48,562 nt of DNA from Catajapyx aquilonaris (Eukaryota): contig KZ538237.1 of assembly GCA_000934665.2 (NCBI GenBank), forward strand, positions 62,001 through 110,562, read 5' to 3'. The position numbers were made by a program, and so were the translations under genes. Below are positions 9,156-22,700 of the stretch, one piece after another; position 1 is the first letter of the stretch; each line of letters starts with the position of its first letter. The notes under the pieces are model-generated. The model saw only the letters and a program-made list of their open reading frames with translations, did not search any database and was not told where the DNA came from.

Positions 9156-12100
9156 GCAGCCTGCGACTTCCATCCACTTTGGAAAAAAATTGCCCCCCTC
9201 ACACCCTTTTCCATCCAACCCCCTACCTCTTTCTCGTCTTCTGTGCTTTACTCGGCCAGAATGCTTGCTCCTAATTACTTTTGCTGCCTTTATTTTTTTC
9301 CTTCTCCTATAACCAAGTTTAGGGTCGTCCTCTGAAAGCAATCAGGTCTTGTTTCCTCGATTTTCTTTCGTCCTCTTCTGACCCTGTCTTTGAACGACTC
9401 GAATGCCTCTTTCTGTTGTTTTTTATTGGTTTTTGTTTTTTCAAAAAGAGTGAAATAATTTGGCAGTATAGGAGATGAATGTAATATAGAAAACATCAAT
9501 ACATGTCAATGTTGCATTGAGAAGCAGGTAACCTCACATAGGTTTGGTCTGGACTAGGTTTGTATGAATTTTTTAAAGCTGGATTCTAACTGAAAAGAGT
9601 GTTCTAAGTTAATAGTTTGCCAATAATGAACTAACAGAACTAACAGCCATGGAAATACCTGTGAGGATATCCTCACAGGTATTTCCTCCTAGCTAAATGG
9701 CTGTTTGTGAGGTTGCTAATTAGTTTTATTGCTGATTTGAGTTGACTGCTGTTTAGTAGCACCTGTATCTGCTGAAGTAACACTTCATAATCTAAATAAG
9801 TTATTGTTTTCATCTGCAGGTGTGTTCTGGTGTAGCTGATGCTGGTAGGAGAATTCGGGTGAAGTCTATAGAAGGATGTGGCTGGACCAGGAGGCAAGAA
9901 ACTTATGGACATTACACTTGGATTACACTAGGACTTGCTAAGCGGACTGATGACCAACAGTGTTAGGCCTGTTTCTTGAATACATGTAAGTGACAATGGC
10001 AATTGAGTCTAATGTGTGCTTGTGTTGTGCAATAGTTCTGTCAAATGTGTTGTTGCTCTTGCCCTACCCTGCTCCTGGAAGTTCTTGCACAATTCCACAG
10101 GTTTTTTTTCCCCCCACATACATCATTAGCAACAAGATGATCTGGTAATATGCAAATGTCTAATAACTTATATTTTCCTACTTACCCCAGTAATAAGGAT
10201 ATTTGATTTTTGTATGACCTGCAATAATCTTGTTGTGTAATGTTTTTCTAACAATCTTATGAACAAATGAATCTCAGGTTTTTCACTTGGAATTTTCAGT
10301 TGTGAAAGTTTGGGGTCAAAAGTTGCAACTTTACCATTGCATTGTTATCAGTTTCATTTTGCAATAAGTTACTGTGAAAGTTTCCCAAATTTTCTGGTTT
10401 CAGATTCTTTTCTGAGGAGACATTTCAGTGGTAATGTTCATTTCACATTAGTTTGAAATTTCATTGAAATAATTACATGGGTTGCATGTTGTAAGGATGA
10501 TCGTGAGAATGCACCATTACTGCATATTATTATCAGCATTGAATATTTCACAAAAACTTAAATGTGAACTATGCAAAAAATTGGCACTGAATGACACATC
10601 CTTCCAGAAACTAAGAAAACACAAGGATATTCTACTCTGAACTACTGTTCTAAAGTGTCTTATCATAATAAATATTATATAATAATTTCAAAATTCAATT
10701 TGCAAATGCGAATTTTTCAACTGAAAAACCTAATTGGATACAACTTTGATTTATTTTTGCATGGGATTTTAGTATAGCAACAACTTCAAGTAAAAGTTAT
10801 TGCTGGTCATCATTCATGGATAGATAATTTTGTCTTGTATATGCTTTTACTGTAGGCTCCTGTTTTCACTGGCATGCTAGGGATTTCGATGATAAGGTAT
10901 GCATTGTAGCTAGTTATCCCCTTCTAAGAAAATGTTGGGACACTGAATAGTTTTATTCTAATGACCATGGAATATGTAGTAGAAAAGACATTGAGTAAAA
11001 CAATATAGTTAAGTAGGATGACTGGTGGCTTTTTGCTTTCATGGCCAAAGAAAGTTTTGGCCAGTGTTATCCTTGCCATATGCAAATGTCAGTACTCGAC
11101 CATAGTGAACATTTTTGTAATACAACTGTATGCCCCAATTTTTGAGTGTCTGAGAGGGTAGAGCAGCTCAGTTTTCCCAACATATATGCCTGCATTGCAT
11201 ATAATGAATTGGGAATGGCCAGTTTATTATTGGATTTCACAACATCACTACAATTTGTTACTTCATTATTTATTGGAGGTACTTTTTGGTGAGTTAAATG
11301 CACAGGTTATGATGGCACATTTCCTATCAGCTAATGGCACTTGTGCCAACACTCAACAGAATTGATTAAGTGTATCCAGGCAATTAGCCATGTAAAGCTC
11401 CATCAACAGGTGTAGAGAGAGATCTCCATTAGTAACAGACTTATTAAGATCTCTAAGCAAATTCACTGGAGAGAGCATGTTCATCATTCTCTGCATGGTT
11501 AACTTTGATTGATATTACAGGGCCCACTATTGTGCACCAGTATTGCTAAATATGAAAAGGGTCCTACCAAGTGAGGTACTGTAAGTAGTCTGTTTGATAT
11601 CTGCTTTACTGATTAATGCAAGAATTTTGGGGCATACATGCATGTCTACTGGAAAAGCTACACAGTACTGCAAAGAGGGGTGCAGAGCTGATATTTTGGG
11701 GTCAGACTGTTATAGGAATTTGCAAGTTTTCAATGTTACAATGGGCACAGAAGGAGACAACAGGAACACACAGTGGCCTAACATTGTTTATATTTTATGG
11801 CAATGGTTGATGACGTCTAATTTTTTAAATCACATACTGTTCATTAATATCAATATTAAATTAAATTGATGAGATCTCCCATTGTCACTCGACTCAAACA
11901 GTATTGTGCAATCATAATGGTCATCGAATATCAGGTTTAGTTAACCATATATGATTCAAAAAATCTGTTCGTCTTCCAAAGCTATTAAAATGGGCATAAT
12001 TTTCGCAGGTGCTTTTTATATCATATGAAATTATTTAAAAAATCACATTCTCAGCACTCTGATTCAAATATGAAGGCTGTTTTAAAATTCGCAGCATGAA

Positions 12101-13360
12101 GCATCAGAAACACAACGACATACAGTGTATCACACATGTCCTTGCCACCCATTCCCTTTGCCACCAGGTACCTGATGACCGCGTGAGCAATGTTAGCCAT
12201 CTGCACAAAATGCTACTCACCCCTTCTCGTTTGATTTATTTCTGAACCCGAGAACTGTGACATAAATTTAAAATGGGTGGACATGGGGGTTTCAATGGTA
12301 GATCGATTTTTTTATGACGTCAGATTCTCAAACTTGTCATTCCTTCAATGAAAGACTACGAACTTATAAAACGCACCTGGGAAATCAGCTCAGCTCCCCT
12401 TGTTGTCAATTCTGGCTTTCACTTTTCTAGTAGTAGGCCTAGACACTATGAAGAATATATGCACCAAAAATCTTGGAGTAACAAATTGAAACAGGTGTCT
12501 TGCAGACACTTAGTCTTACTTGATGGTGGAATCCCTTCCTCAAGTTGCAATGCATTAATGAATTTTCTTAAATTTATTCTTATAGTGGATAGTGCATAAT
12601 ATTGTTTTTTAGAGAGGATCCAGAGCAAAATACTTGTGGTACCAAGATAATTTTGGTTTAAAATTGCATAATGATTACATGAAGTTTTAAGGTTCAATAT
12701 TAAAGCAATTTTATCTGATAGTGTCATCGTGAACTTTTTTGAGGATGGCAAAAATTATTATTTACATATGAGTTTCAAAAGCAGGTATAGAGGGCAAAAG
12801 TGATGGCAAAAAATATCTTAAACTTAGAGAATGAGGCAATGGGGATAAAAGTACATGGACGTATGAATTGTGTATGAAGTTAATTAATTTAATATAATTA
12901 TTGGTCAAGTTTGTTAATGTTTTGACATTAATATTGATTGACTAACATGTGAAATACTGTAGTAAGACAATGTGATTAAAATATGTTATAATATTAGTGA
13001 AATTTATTGAGTAATGATATTTGCCCAAGTTTTTTCTGCATGCTGTTGAAGATTAATTGACTGCCGAGAGTATTTTACCACTGCATTGCATTAAATGTTG
13101 TTGCTGCTACTGCTGCTGTTGTTGTTCAGTTTCTTCAAGAATCTGGAAATAATGCAGTTTTAAGTGGGTGTTTATTTCTGTGCCCTATGGACATAAATTG
13201 AAATTAAAGTTAGTCTTACTTTCACCTAACAATGGCTGCAAATGTAATGAATGCAGTTGCTAATTTTTATATATGTTCAGTGCATATTTGACAGTTAAAG
13301 GAGTTGTAGTAGGCCTATGTTTGTAATGTATGAAAATAAAACTTGCTATATAATATCTGA
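9147..13360 (+). ncRNA. Candidate spliced, polyadenylated non-coding transcript (exons ~9147-9527, 9820-9985, 10101-~13360)
   Basis: Donor CAG|GTAACC after 9527; acceptor TTGTTTTCATCTGCAG| before 9820; donor CAT|GTAAGT after 9985; acceptor TTCCACAG| before 10101; AATAAA at 13335-13340; CpG depletion across the span; no convincing ORF. Confidence 0.35.
9651..9686. repeat. Perfect 36-bp palindrome
   Basis: GGAAATACCTGTGAGGAT|ATCCTCACAGGTATTTCC, with an outer stem AACAGCCAT (9642-9650) / ATGGCTGTT (9697-9705). Confidence 0.95.
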
Positions 13361-15469
13361 GAAACTTTTATTGACATTATTATCATACAGGAGTATTATT
13401 TCAAGTGACTGCTTTCCAGGTACTGTAATTGAATATGGCCGGCATCATTAGGGTACCGGTACGTCATTTCCAAAGCGATGATATGTCGGGTTCCGAAAGT
13501 AGGGAACTGGATACCACACGACTTGAACAGGCCTTAGGCAGGCCTCAGTGACCATAATTTAACATATTTTTTTTTGGTGCTGCTAGGAATCTGAGGAAAT
13601 ACAATAAATTGTATAAGTACTGTATGTCTGAAAAATCATAATGTTGTGTGACCTCTGCGAATTACGCTATATTTTTACTCATTTTTGAAAGTGAGTCTTG
13701 TTAGTTATTGTTATAAGAAACATGTTACATCGAAGCGGTTTTATATAATCATGAAAAATTACCGCCCATCATCATAAATGTGATTGATGAATATGGCCAA
13801 AACATTTTTGATATTAACTCAGTGATATTTTCCTATTTTCTATTTTTTTAACTCTATCCTAGCAATAAAAGTAATGAACTAAAATTAGGAGTTTGTTGAA
13901 GGATTGTTCAAACATGTCATTGTTGCCTTGTAAATGTTGAATTAGAGTATAAGCAAGTACATATTTGCCAGATTAGACCATCAATGTAGCTACACCCCAA
14001 GATGAAATCCAGGATTAAAAGCTCGAAATTTCTAATATTTTATATTGTAAAGAACATGAGGATTTTCTGGTAGTTGTGGACCAATGCCAGTACTTTTCCA
14101 GTGCATCGATATTGTTAATGAGTATGTATAAAATTGGTTGTAAAAATAATTTTCATCTCAATATTATAAAAACATGTCAATGTATAGAAATGTACAAAAT
14201 AATCCAATACAATGAAAACACTAGGCCTACACAACATTATATTATCCTGGCACTGACGTCACCACTGATGGGGATTGGGGATGCCATTTTTGATTCGGCT
14301 CATGCAGTCAAAAGGGACTTAGACTCCGGGCAACAACTCTGGGGAGGACAATTTTGGAGGCCTCCAGTTGGTCGCAGCCCCCCTTCCTCCATCCCCCTCT
14401 CTCCCTTTCAAGCGAAAAAAAAAAATGGCGTGTGTAGGGCGAGGGTGCAATCCTCCTAAGTCCCCCTCCTGATTTTTGTGATGGGGGAAGTCCTCTTTTT
14501 TTTCTTCTTTTTTTTTTGAAATATAAGTAGAAGGGGATTCCGGATCCAAGGGGGGAGGAGTATATGGCCCCACGCCTCTCCGGATTGGTCTCCCGGAATA
14601 AAGTAATCAGGGGGCTAAGGAAGATTGGGAGTTTCCCATTGCGCAGTCGTACCCAGCAAAGGCAGGGTGTAGGTGGGAGAGGGAGTGGAGGGATTGTGTG
14701 GGGGGTAAGGGGGGGGGGGGGGTCCAACCCGGGATACTGGCATTTCCCCCTAGACTTTTCCTATCAGGGTAATCACCCCGTTTCTTCGAGATTTGTGACG
14801 TCATTGGAGGTAAATATATGTGGAAAATATGGAAAAAGCTGACATCTTTGCGAGTTTCGCAGGCATTTGAAGTAAAATTTTATTGTGAGAGCTGCAAAAT
14901 ATATTTTACTTCACCTGGAATATAGCCTGATTTTTTTTTTTTTGGAGACGTGAAACACATTAGATGTAATTAAGGATACTTTATCACTGAGAGTGTTCTA
15001 AGAACAGCAACAAAACCACATTCAAAATTATGAGTTTTATGTCATTTGTGTTTATTTAACTTTTTACTCTGGTGGACAAGCAGCCCGTATCTGGTTTTTA
15101 AAAAGAAAATATTACAATATAGTAACTACTAGCATGAGCACATGTTGACCGTTTAAATTTAGTAAAGAATATCTCGTACCTGCCCTATATAAAATACTAC
15201 TTTAAATGCCCTATTACAGATTTTAAAGTACATCGGAATTGCGTAAGTGCTTCTCACCTAACATAATGTGTGACTTCAATAAAGTGATTTAATACAGTTT
15301 GGAAACATTAATGATATCAAGAAGTATGTGATCTCATAATTTTATGCTTTTATTTGTTCTTTGTAATGAACGTGTTGAAAGGTATAAGTAGACTACTTCA
15401 AATTACAATGCAACAAAAGTGGGATAATTTTGATGTCCTCTTTTAAATGTCCGACTCTATGCGCTTTTC

Positions 15470-15530
15470 GCTAATGGGAGAACGCCGAGAATATCCACGC
15501 GAACACGCAGAGAACCCATCGAAACTGCAA
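15470..15530 (-). mobile_element. SINE core fragment related to 39115-39296
   Basis: GAGAATATCCACGCGAACACGCAGAGAACCCATCGAAACT resembles GAGAAAACCACATGAGCACGGAGAGAACCCATAGAAACT at ~39155-39195. Confidence 0.55.
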
Positions 15531-16224
15531 CAGATACCATTTTTTTTTGCTAATATGGATTGCAGTAAAATAAATTCAATTGCAGAATATAGTATGCTAT
15601 TGGAGGTGTTTGTTGTGCTTAAATTATATGACGTAACTTAGGTGCTTCATTGCTCCCTTTGTGCAGTGTCAGAATCCAAATGCAGGCAACACTGTACACA
15701 TTAATGTTACATGAGTTATAAATAATCAAGTGCAGCATGAATTTTGGAAGTGGCTGTAACTATATCATCGTGCGTTTCATTAAATTACCTCCATGTCCCC
15801 ATGGGAAAGTACTGACATGCGGGCATTGTCACGATTAAGTCATCATCCTTTTTGGGAAAATTTCTGGAAATTCATTTAGTAATTAATTTAGACCTGATGA
15901 AAAATATACAACTTTTAACATTTTAAGTATAATTATGTTCGCGTCTTTTACTCACATTGGAAATACTGGAGATATTTTCCGTAAGGGAGTTTAAAGTTGG
16001 CGGGCCTTAGAAGCCATTTCATATTGTTACCTAAATGCGAGTTAATATAATTGCATATATTTATTAAGGATGCAGAGAATTCTGCTCGAATATTGTTATA
16101 TTGCACACTATTAAGGAACGCAATATATAGGCCTACTGTTGAATATGGCTAATACGATGATTAAGACGCAATAAATACAAGGAGGTGTACATATTTGGTC
16201 TATACCTGGAGTTATACTGATGAC

Positions 16225-16340
16225 ATTATTTTTCAAAATTATTTTTCACAAAATATTTTTAACCATATTTTTTTCAAAAAATATTTTTAGCATTTGTTTC
16301 AAAAAATATTTTTAACTGCGCTGTATTTTTCAAAAAATAC
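16225..16340. repeat. Degenerate AT-rich minisatellite (TTTCAAAAAATATTTTT-like units)
   Basis: About five imperfect copies read directly. Confidence 0.6.
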
Positions 16341-18730
16341 GAGATTGTGTACTCGTACACTAGTATGTCTAAAGATATTTAACTATACGCTATCGGATAT
16401 GTGACTTATTCACCGTATGTTTCACAGTATTATGAGCTGTTGCCGTGTAAAGCATATTGCTTGAGAAGGATTACAATGTAAATTACTAACAGCATGATCA
16501 GCATTTGACAAGTTCCCCGTCGAGCCAGTAAATAAAGTCAAACACAAACACGTGTTGGTTTTAAGAAATTCCCTTAAAAAAAAAAGACAAAAAACAGGTA
16601 TACGAGAGCTTGAAGTGTGAACAAAGACATAACATTATGAATTCCGGTAGGGTAGCCCAATTTTTAAAAAGAATATGGCCTTCACACCAAAAACAGCTTT
16701 CCACCCCCGTTCCATCATGATTATCTAGATTAAATTATTATCCCCCTGACAATTTAATTTCTTATTCTCTCTTCTGTCCCTTAAAAAAAATCCAAAACGT
16801 AGCTCCCGGGGGTGTAAAAATCGTGAGAAAAGACCATGCAAGTGTCGACTGATGCTTCGGACATGGCTAAAAGGGTCTTTTAGGCCAATCCATCCTTGGC
16901 TTATAACAACACCTTGAATACAAATTGGGTGCTAGGGGGGGTGGGGGGGCGATAAAAATAGGCGATAATAGGAGCAAGGTGCAGCCAATATCGAGCAATT
17001 TACGAGACTTAACGGCATATTTTTGACCACCACGGTTTCTATTATAACGGTTGGACATCATCATGATGTACATGGTTTTTTTTTTTTGAAAGCCGGATTT
17101 TGATTGGCGGTGAAGGGGGGAAAATGCACAAAAACTTCAAACTTTGAAGGAATAATAGGTGGATGGAGTCATCACGTCTTGTGTTGCTCCTGCTTGTAAT
17201 TAGCTTGTTGTGGATCACTTATTAATGACCTCTTTTGTCTTGTCTTTTGAGCTATATCTGGAGCAAACTACAGAAAAAAACCGGATATAGTTTTGCGTTT
17301 GTCAGGTGTGGGTTGTTGGCTTGGTTCTGATATACATGACGGGGTTATAAACTTTCTCTTATTATGCCTAGAAGAGTAATTGTTTAGCACCTGGATGAAA
17401 ATGTGGCTCTGAATGACCAATTTTGATGAAAACAGGCCTGCTGGTATATAGCGTCCCGGACTTTTCGCCCCCGGCGTATTCGCCCCCGTGACAATTTGAC
17501 GTTAATTTACTTGAAATTAACTAATACTGAACACAACGGACAATTTTTCTTTGATTTTGTATAATGAATACCTGAATTCTTTTCCTAATTTGCTTACCTG
17601 TTGCAGTTAGCAACGGTGCATCCTAACCTAGGTTAAGTTCATTCCAAGCCCATTAACGGTCGAGGTAGACGCACCGAGCTCGTAAAATGCACCTGCTCAT
17701 ATCCCTTATTGAGTCAAATGTACTTAATCGAGTTGTGGGATGAAACACCTGCGTCATAAAATAACAAGCAAATTGACAAGGCTTCTCTGGTTTTCATCCA
17801 GTTAAGCACGCATAACGAATCCTCCAGTCGATTAGGTGCAAATTGGTCCAGACTCTGCCTAAGATAAATAACAAACGGTTATCTTAATCTATTCTATAGT
17901 GTTCGTGCAACACTAATTTGATCCAACTTTATGTTCTATAGTCGAGTCGTAATTTTGAATATTTCAGGTGTAATGGAAACCCTTTTTTGATCGTGCACAT
18001 TATATATTTTGGAGGCTTGGAGAACGACAGGAGGGCAAACCCTAGTGAGGCAGCGCCCTCATTAGCGCCAATATTAGTCTTAGCTATCTACCCCGCAGTT
18101 CTTGAAAAGATGGAAAAAAAATAGGGGGGGAGGGTAGGGGGGGTCGTCTCATTCTCCCTGGCCGCCCTTTATCTTCCTCTATCGCCCTTTTCCATCTCTA
18201 ATGGCCGCACACCCGTCTTACGCTCTTCATTAGCATATTAATTTTTATAATAAATCACAGCCAGAAAAAGGGAAAAAGTGAGGTTGCCTATATTNAGATT
18301 TGGCTGTCTGTAATTAGGAATTTGCATAAGAAGCCAAAAATCATAGGCGGGGATTGGAAATGAGGCGGCTTGGGAAAACGGGGGAGGGCATTCCCGGACA
18401 TCTATTTTACGATAGACTGGGGCTTTTTGCCGTGGATATTGACCTGCATGTAGGGGGGGGGGACGGTGCATGGGACTTCAGAGCTATAGGTGACAATAAG
18501 TGTACGTGTCGTGTTTGGACTCGCAGTCCCAATTAGGCACAGAGTATATGAGCTTGTGTTTCGTGTGGGGAACGACTATATGTATGATCGATAATGATGC
18601 TTTGTGCAGGTTTTCTAGGTTTTGGATTTCATTGTTGACATGAAAGGTGATTGTGCGACTTATGTACACGATAGCATGGTGTGCGCATGGTCAATGACAG
18701 TGTAATGCAGTAGAACTCGAATGTACTGTA

Positions 18731-18854
18731 CTCAAATTGTTTTGGCCACTTTATCCTGGTCTTGAAGCAACCCTTCACACACACACCACCTCACCGTGGG
18801 GCATGTGCTAAGGGTTGCTTCAAGACTAAGATAAAGTGGCCAAAACAATTTGAG
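18731..18854. repeat. Fold-back element with ~45-bp inverted arms (MITE-like)
   Basis: CTCAAATTGTTTTGGCCACTTTATC...GCAACCCTT pairs with AAGGGTTGCTTCAAGAC...GGCCAAAACAATTTGAG. No clear TSD. Confidence 0.8.
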
Positions 18855-18895
18855 CCCCATAGTCTGAAAAGTGAGACAAAGTGACTGAGTCGATG

Positions 18896-19700
18896 TACAG
18901 GGTGTAACGAGGGACAGATATCGAACTCCAGACCAGGTTTGGACCATCTTTTCCCTTCTTTTGTGTATTTCGAATTTGTTCACATCAACAGGGGCGACTA
19001 ATCCATCAACTCTTTTCGTGCCTTACCTTTCGGATTGTTAACTTGGGCAGAGGACCACCTTGTATGTAGAGTCATAATTACACCAGTAAAGTGCACAGGA
19101 GGTAGCCAGGATGCATCCACTGAACAGTTTTGAAGGGCCTCTTCAAGAAAAACCACATTTTCCTGGAAAACAGCCATTTTCATATAAGCCTGATCATAAA
19201 GATTACACTGAAAAAAATATGAACCGTTAATGAGGTTACTTAAGGTTACCTAGAAAATGTCGTTAACATCTCTCTCAATTGTACATGTCAACACATCAGT
19301 TTCCAAGAACGGAAAGCATTTTTACCTCATTTTGAGCGAAAAAGTGTATACAGGGTGCTTCATAATAGCTCTGGCAAACACCAGGGGATTACTACATGTA
19401 GCTGAATCATTTGTTCTTGTCTATGATAATTTATTGGCTTTGCGTTATGTGTAGTAGAGAACATCCTGAAAGGTTTGCAACCCATCGAGCAGTGGACACA
19501 TTCCCCATCGAATTTTACAGCAACCTGCTAGTCGTTATGGGCAATGCTGCAAGGAAAATCGAGTTTAGTATGCGGCTAGTGCTTGATGCGTTCCATACCG
19601 TCCAGGATATGCTATAGGTTATATTTAAACAGCAAGCTCTCCATACAGCCCTGGGCGTTCAGGAATTTACCGCAAAGTTGTCAGAATCATGTATACAACC
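18896..19700 (+). mobile_element. Decayed Tc1/mariner-superfamily element fragment
   Basis: TA-CAGGGTG motifs near 18896 and 19349; relic peptides 'ALRY..REHPER' and 'VIFKQQALH..GVQE' resemble the N-terminal HTH region of such transposases. Confidence 0.35.
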
Positions 19701-22700
19701 TGAATTGACTAAAACATGTTTCACGCTTAAATAAATTTATTATGATGGTGTGATGGTTTATTTCACATTGACTATTTTCTGCGTGCTATGATTGTGAGAG
19801 ACGAAGAAAATGTAACTTAGACTTATTATTTCTGATTCAGCACCACCCAAAAGTTTGGCCATAATTTGACAGAAAAATCCTCCGCCCTTAACGGTTTCAT
19901 TATTTTCTGCAAAATTTGCGTAGTTGCTCCGTACAAAGAGTTGATTTTGTCAGTTTAACTAGTATTATAAGGAAATTAGCGTACTATTATTGTACGCATG
20001 GCCTACTGCTTTATACTTAGTTCCAAGAGGTGTTACAATTTAGACTATATTACTGCTATTAGATCACTGCGTATTAATCTACATCCAGTACATTGTCATA
20101 TAGATTAACGCGAAACTAGTAGCTGAATAGATTACAGTCCCTGACTAATGTATCAAAGTGTACTGTAGAGTATATAACAGTCGAGTTAGGGACAGGTGCG
20201 AAAGGAAAACAACACCACTGAATCAATTACTGGCTGGCATACTACACTTTGGCTACAAATATATGATTCACATTTGAATTGTCACTCTGATAATGAACGC
20301 ATTTCATAATTATGTCTCCAGTTTAAAATGTTTACAAACAAACAATGTCATATGAAACACACTGTATTTGAAAGTGAAAAGGTGTGACATGTAAGATGTA
20401 TGAGAGGTTAAGTTATAGCGGACCTGTACAGGACACATCCCGATCATCACTATAACATGGATTGTTTGATATAGTGGTCTGTGTTCGTACTTGATGCTGC
20501 CGCGCAAATATTCCGTGACCATAAACTGGTTACAGTGCACGCTTTTGTGTTCCTCCAACGCCGGATTCATGCGGAGTCATTGAACGATGTTTGCCCTTAT
20601 TGACTTTTTCCATACACACCACACGATTTTCTGGGAAACGATGTAGTACTGCTGTACTTACCGGAAGTGAAAAGGTGCAATTATGCTGAGGTATTTGTTC
20701 TCAGCAACATGTTATATCCTTATTTAAAAATCCAATATATTTTAAATGAGATTTGTGTTAGAATAAAAATTAATACATTAGGTAATTACATTGTAGTGCC
20801 ATTATGTAATAGTGAAACAATATTTTGCGATAATTACGAATATCAAAAGTAGCTAAGTAGTTGATGAAAGTCAGGGTGATCACGGTTACATACGACTGAT
20901 TTTGAGATATGAAGGTTGAAGTGTGAAAATTGCATTATCTCTTATGATTTTAAATATTTCTCTGTAGGGGGACCTGCTGTAATTTATTTCTTCATCAGAC
21001 CCCTTTAACTTGATCATCACTGGAAAGTACCTTTCGAGGACCATTCCTAACTCACTTTTGACCAAACCATGACTCTGATTGCTTTGCACTTCAGGTCTTA
21101 TATGTTTATTGAATTTTAAAACGTAGGGATTACTTTTCTCTTTTCTCTTTAGGTACATGTGCTCCATTATTTTTTTAAACCTTCAGTTAAATTTCAGATA
21201 AGTCTGAAAAACAATTGAGGCGCTCAGAGGAAGAACGGCATACCCCAACCGACCTCCAATTTTGAGGATTGTAGTGCTGTTGTACTCTCCTGCCATCTAC
21301 CTTTCATGTGCTGAAGTACCAAATTATTTACAATATAATCAGAATGTAGCTTTTTGGACGAGCTGTTTTAATGTGTGAATGTGCAGTTATGGTTACAATA
21401 AAAGAGAATGTTTGTCGGTACACAGTCTTAGATTATACAGCGCGTATTATAATAATTTACAATAATTACTGGGGTTCACTCGGGGGCATCAGATAGATGT
21501 CATCTGTTTCCTCAGCATGTAGTCTACGTAACTGTCACATTATATGGACTGAACAACTCGACCATTGCAGTAGCCCCTGACACAAAAGAAGTGACATATC
21601 CTGACCATGCGACATTTGGAGGACAAAATGGCGACACGAACCACATTTATGGGTGTGGGACATCTTGCCCCAGCAAATTAACGTCCTGCTGAGAAAACCA
21701 CTCATCAAGTTGCACGTGATCACCATTGTTTTTATCGCATCCTCACTTTCATATATTTTTTACCCTTCTTCTTCCCTACTTGATGCTGCGTTTTGGGCCG
21801 TTTTTTTAATGACCAGGTTTCTACTTGACACGGCTCCTTGGAGACTCCATTAGGAGCCCATAAAACGTAGGGTTGAGTTTCATCTGAAACGTGCTTTGTG
21901 GGATCGTAAGATTCGTTACCGAACGCGAGGTTTTCCTGACTTATTAACGTGCCTGGCAAGAGTCTAGAAAAGTGAAACATAATGTAGGTTGAGCCCGCAT
22001 GTAGCATGCTGTAAAAATTATTCACGTCAAGGCTTAATGGGTAATTTTCTTTTAAAAAAAATGTATACGGAGTCAAGGGAACATGGACCCTTAAACTTAG
22101 CTGATCTTAATCTGATTAGGTGAATAAGCGAAGGAGGCCAGAATTCCAGGACCCAAGTTATGTCCACCTTTCAAGGAGGTAGTGGATTAATATATGCCTA
22201 TTGTTGTTGGCTAAAGGGCCCCCATTTTTATTTCTTCCCGTCTCTAGTAAAGCGCGACTTGATTCATTCTAGGTCTGATGCTCATAAATATCAAAGGGTG
22301 TGTTAGCAGGTGTGTGACAATGCAGTGTCACCTTGTAGGGCAGCACATACATTTTTCTCCCCCCTTAGGTTTTTGCTGTTTAAAAAGAAGCGCAGTTTAT
22401 TATTCCTGTTTTTTACCCTCATAAGAGAGCATTTTTACACCAGCTGCGACATGCTGGCGGTACCTTACAACCCTGTTGCCATATAAGACTGCCTATTATT
22501 ATGTGTTGGCTGTCTTTTAGCTCTTGTCGTATATATAGGAGGAGGAACGGGAGGTGAATGTGCAAGAGTCAAGATATAATTTATTAATACCGGTGTCTAG
22601 GCGTTTAATTTGTCTGGTGAGCAGGGTAAGGCAGGTGGAGAAAGGTAAATGTCCCGAAGGACTGTTTCCATCAAAAACGAGCCAACATTTTTATTTCTGC

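Noticed and set aside
14076..14842. Several 65-139 aa ORFs in a G/C-run-rich patch
   Set aside because: Homopolymer-driven low-complexity translations on both strands; more likely decayed repeat or regulatory DNA.
16455..16476. Partial similarity to miR-137 (TATTGCTTGAGAA)
   Set aside because: Only the first 13 nt match, the 3' part diverges and I see no complementary hairpin arm.
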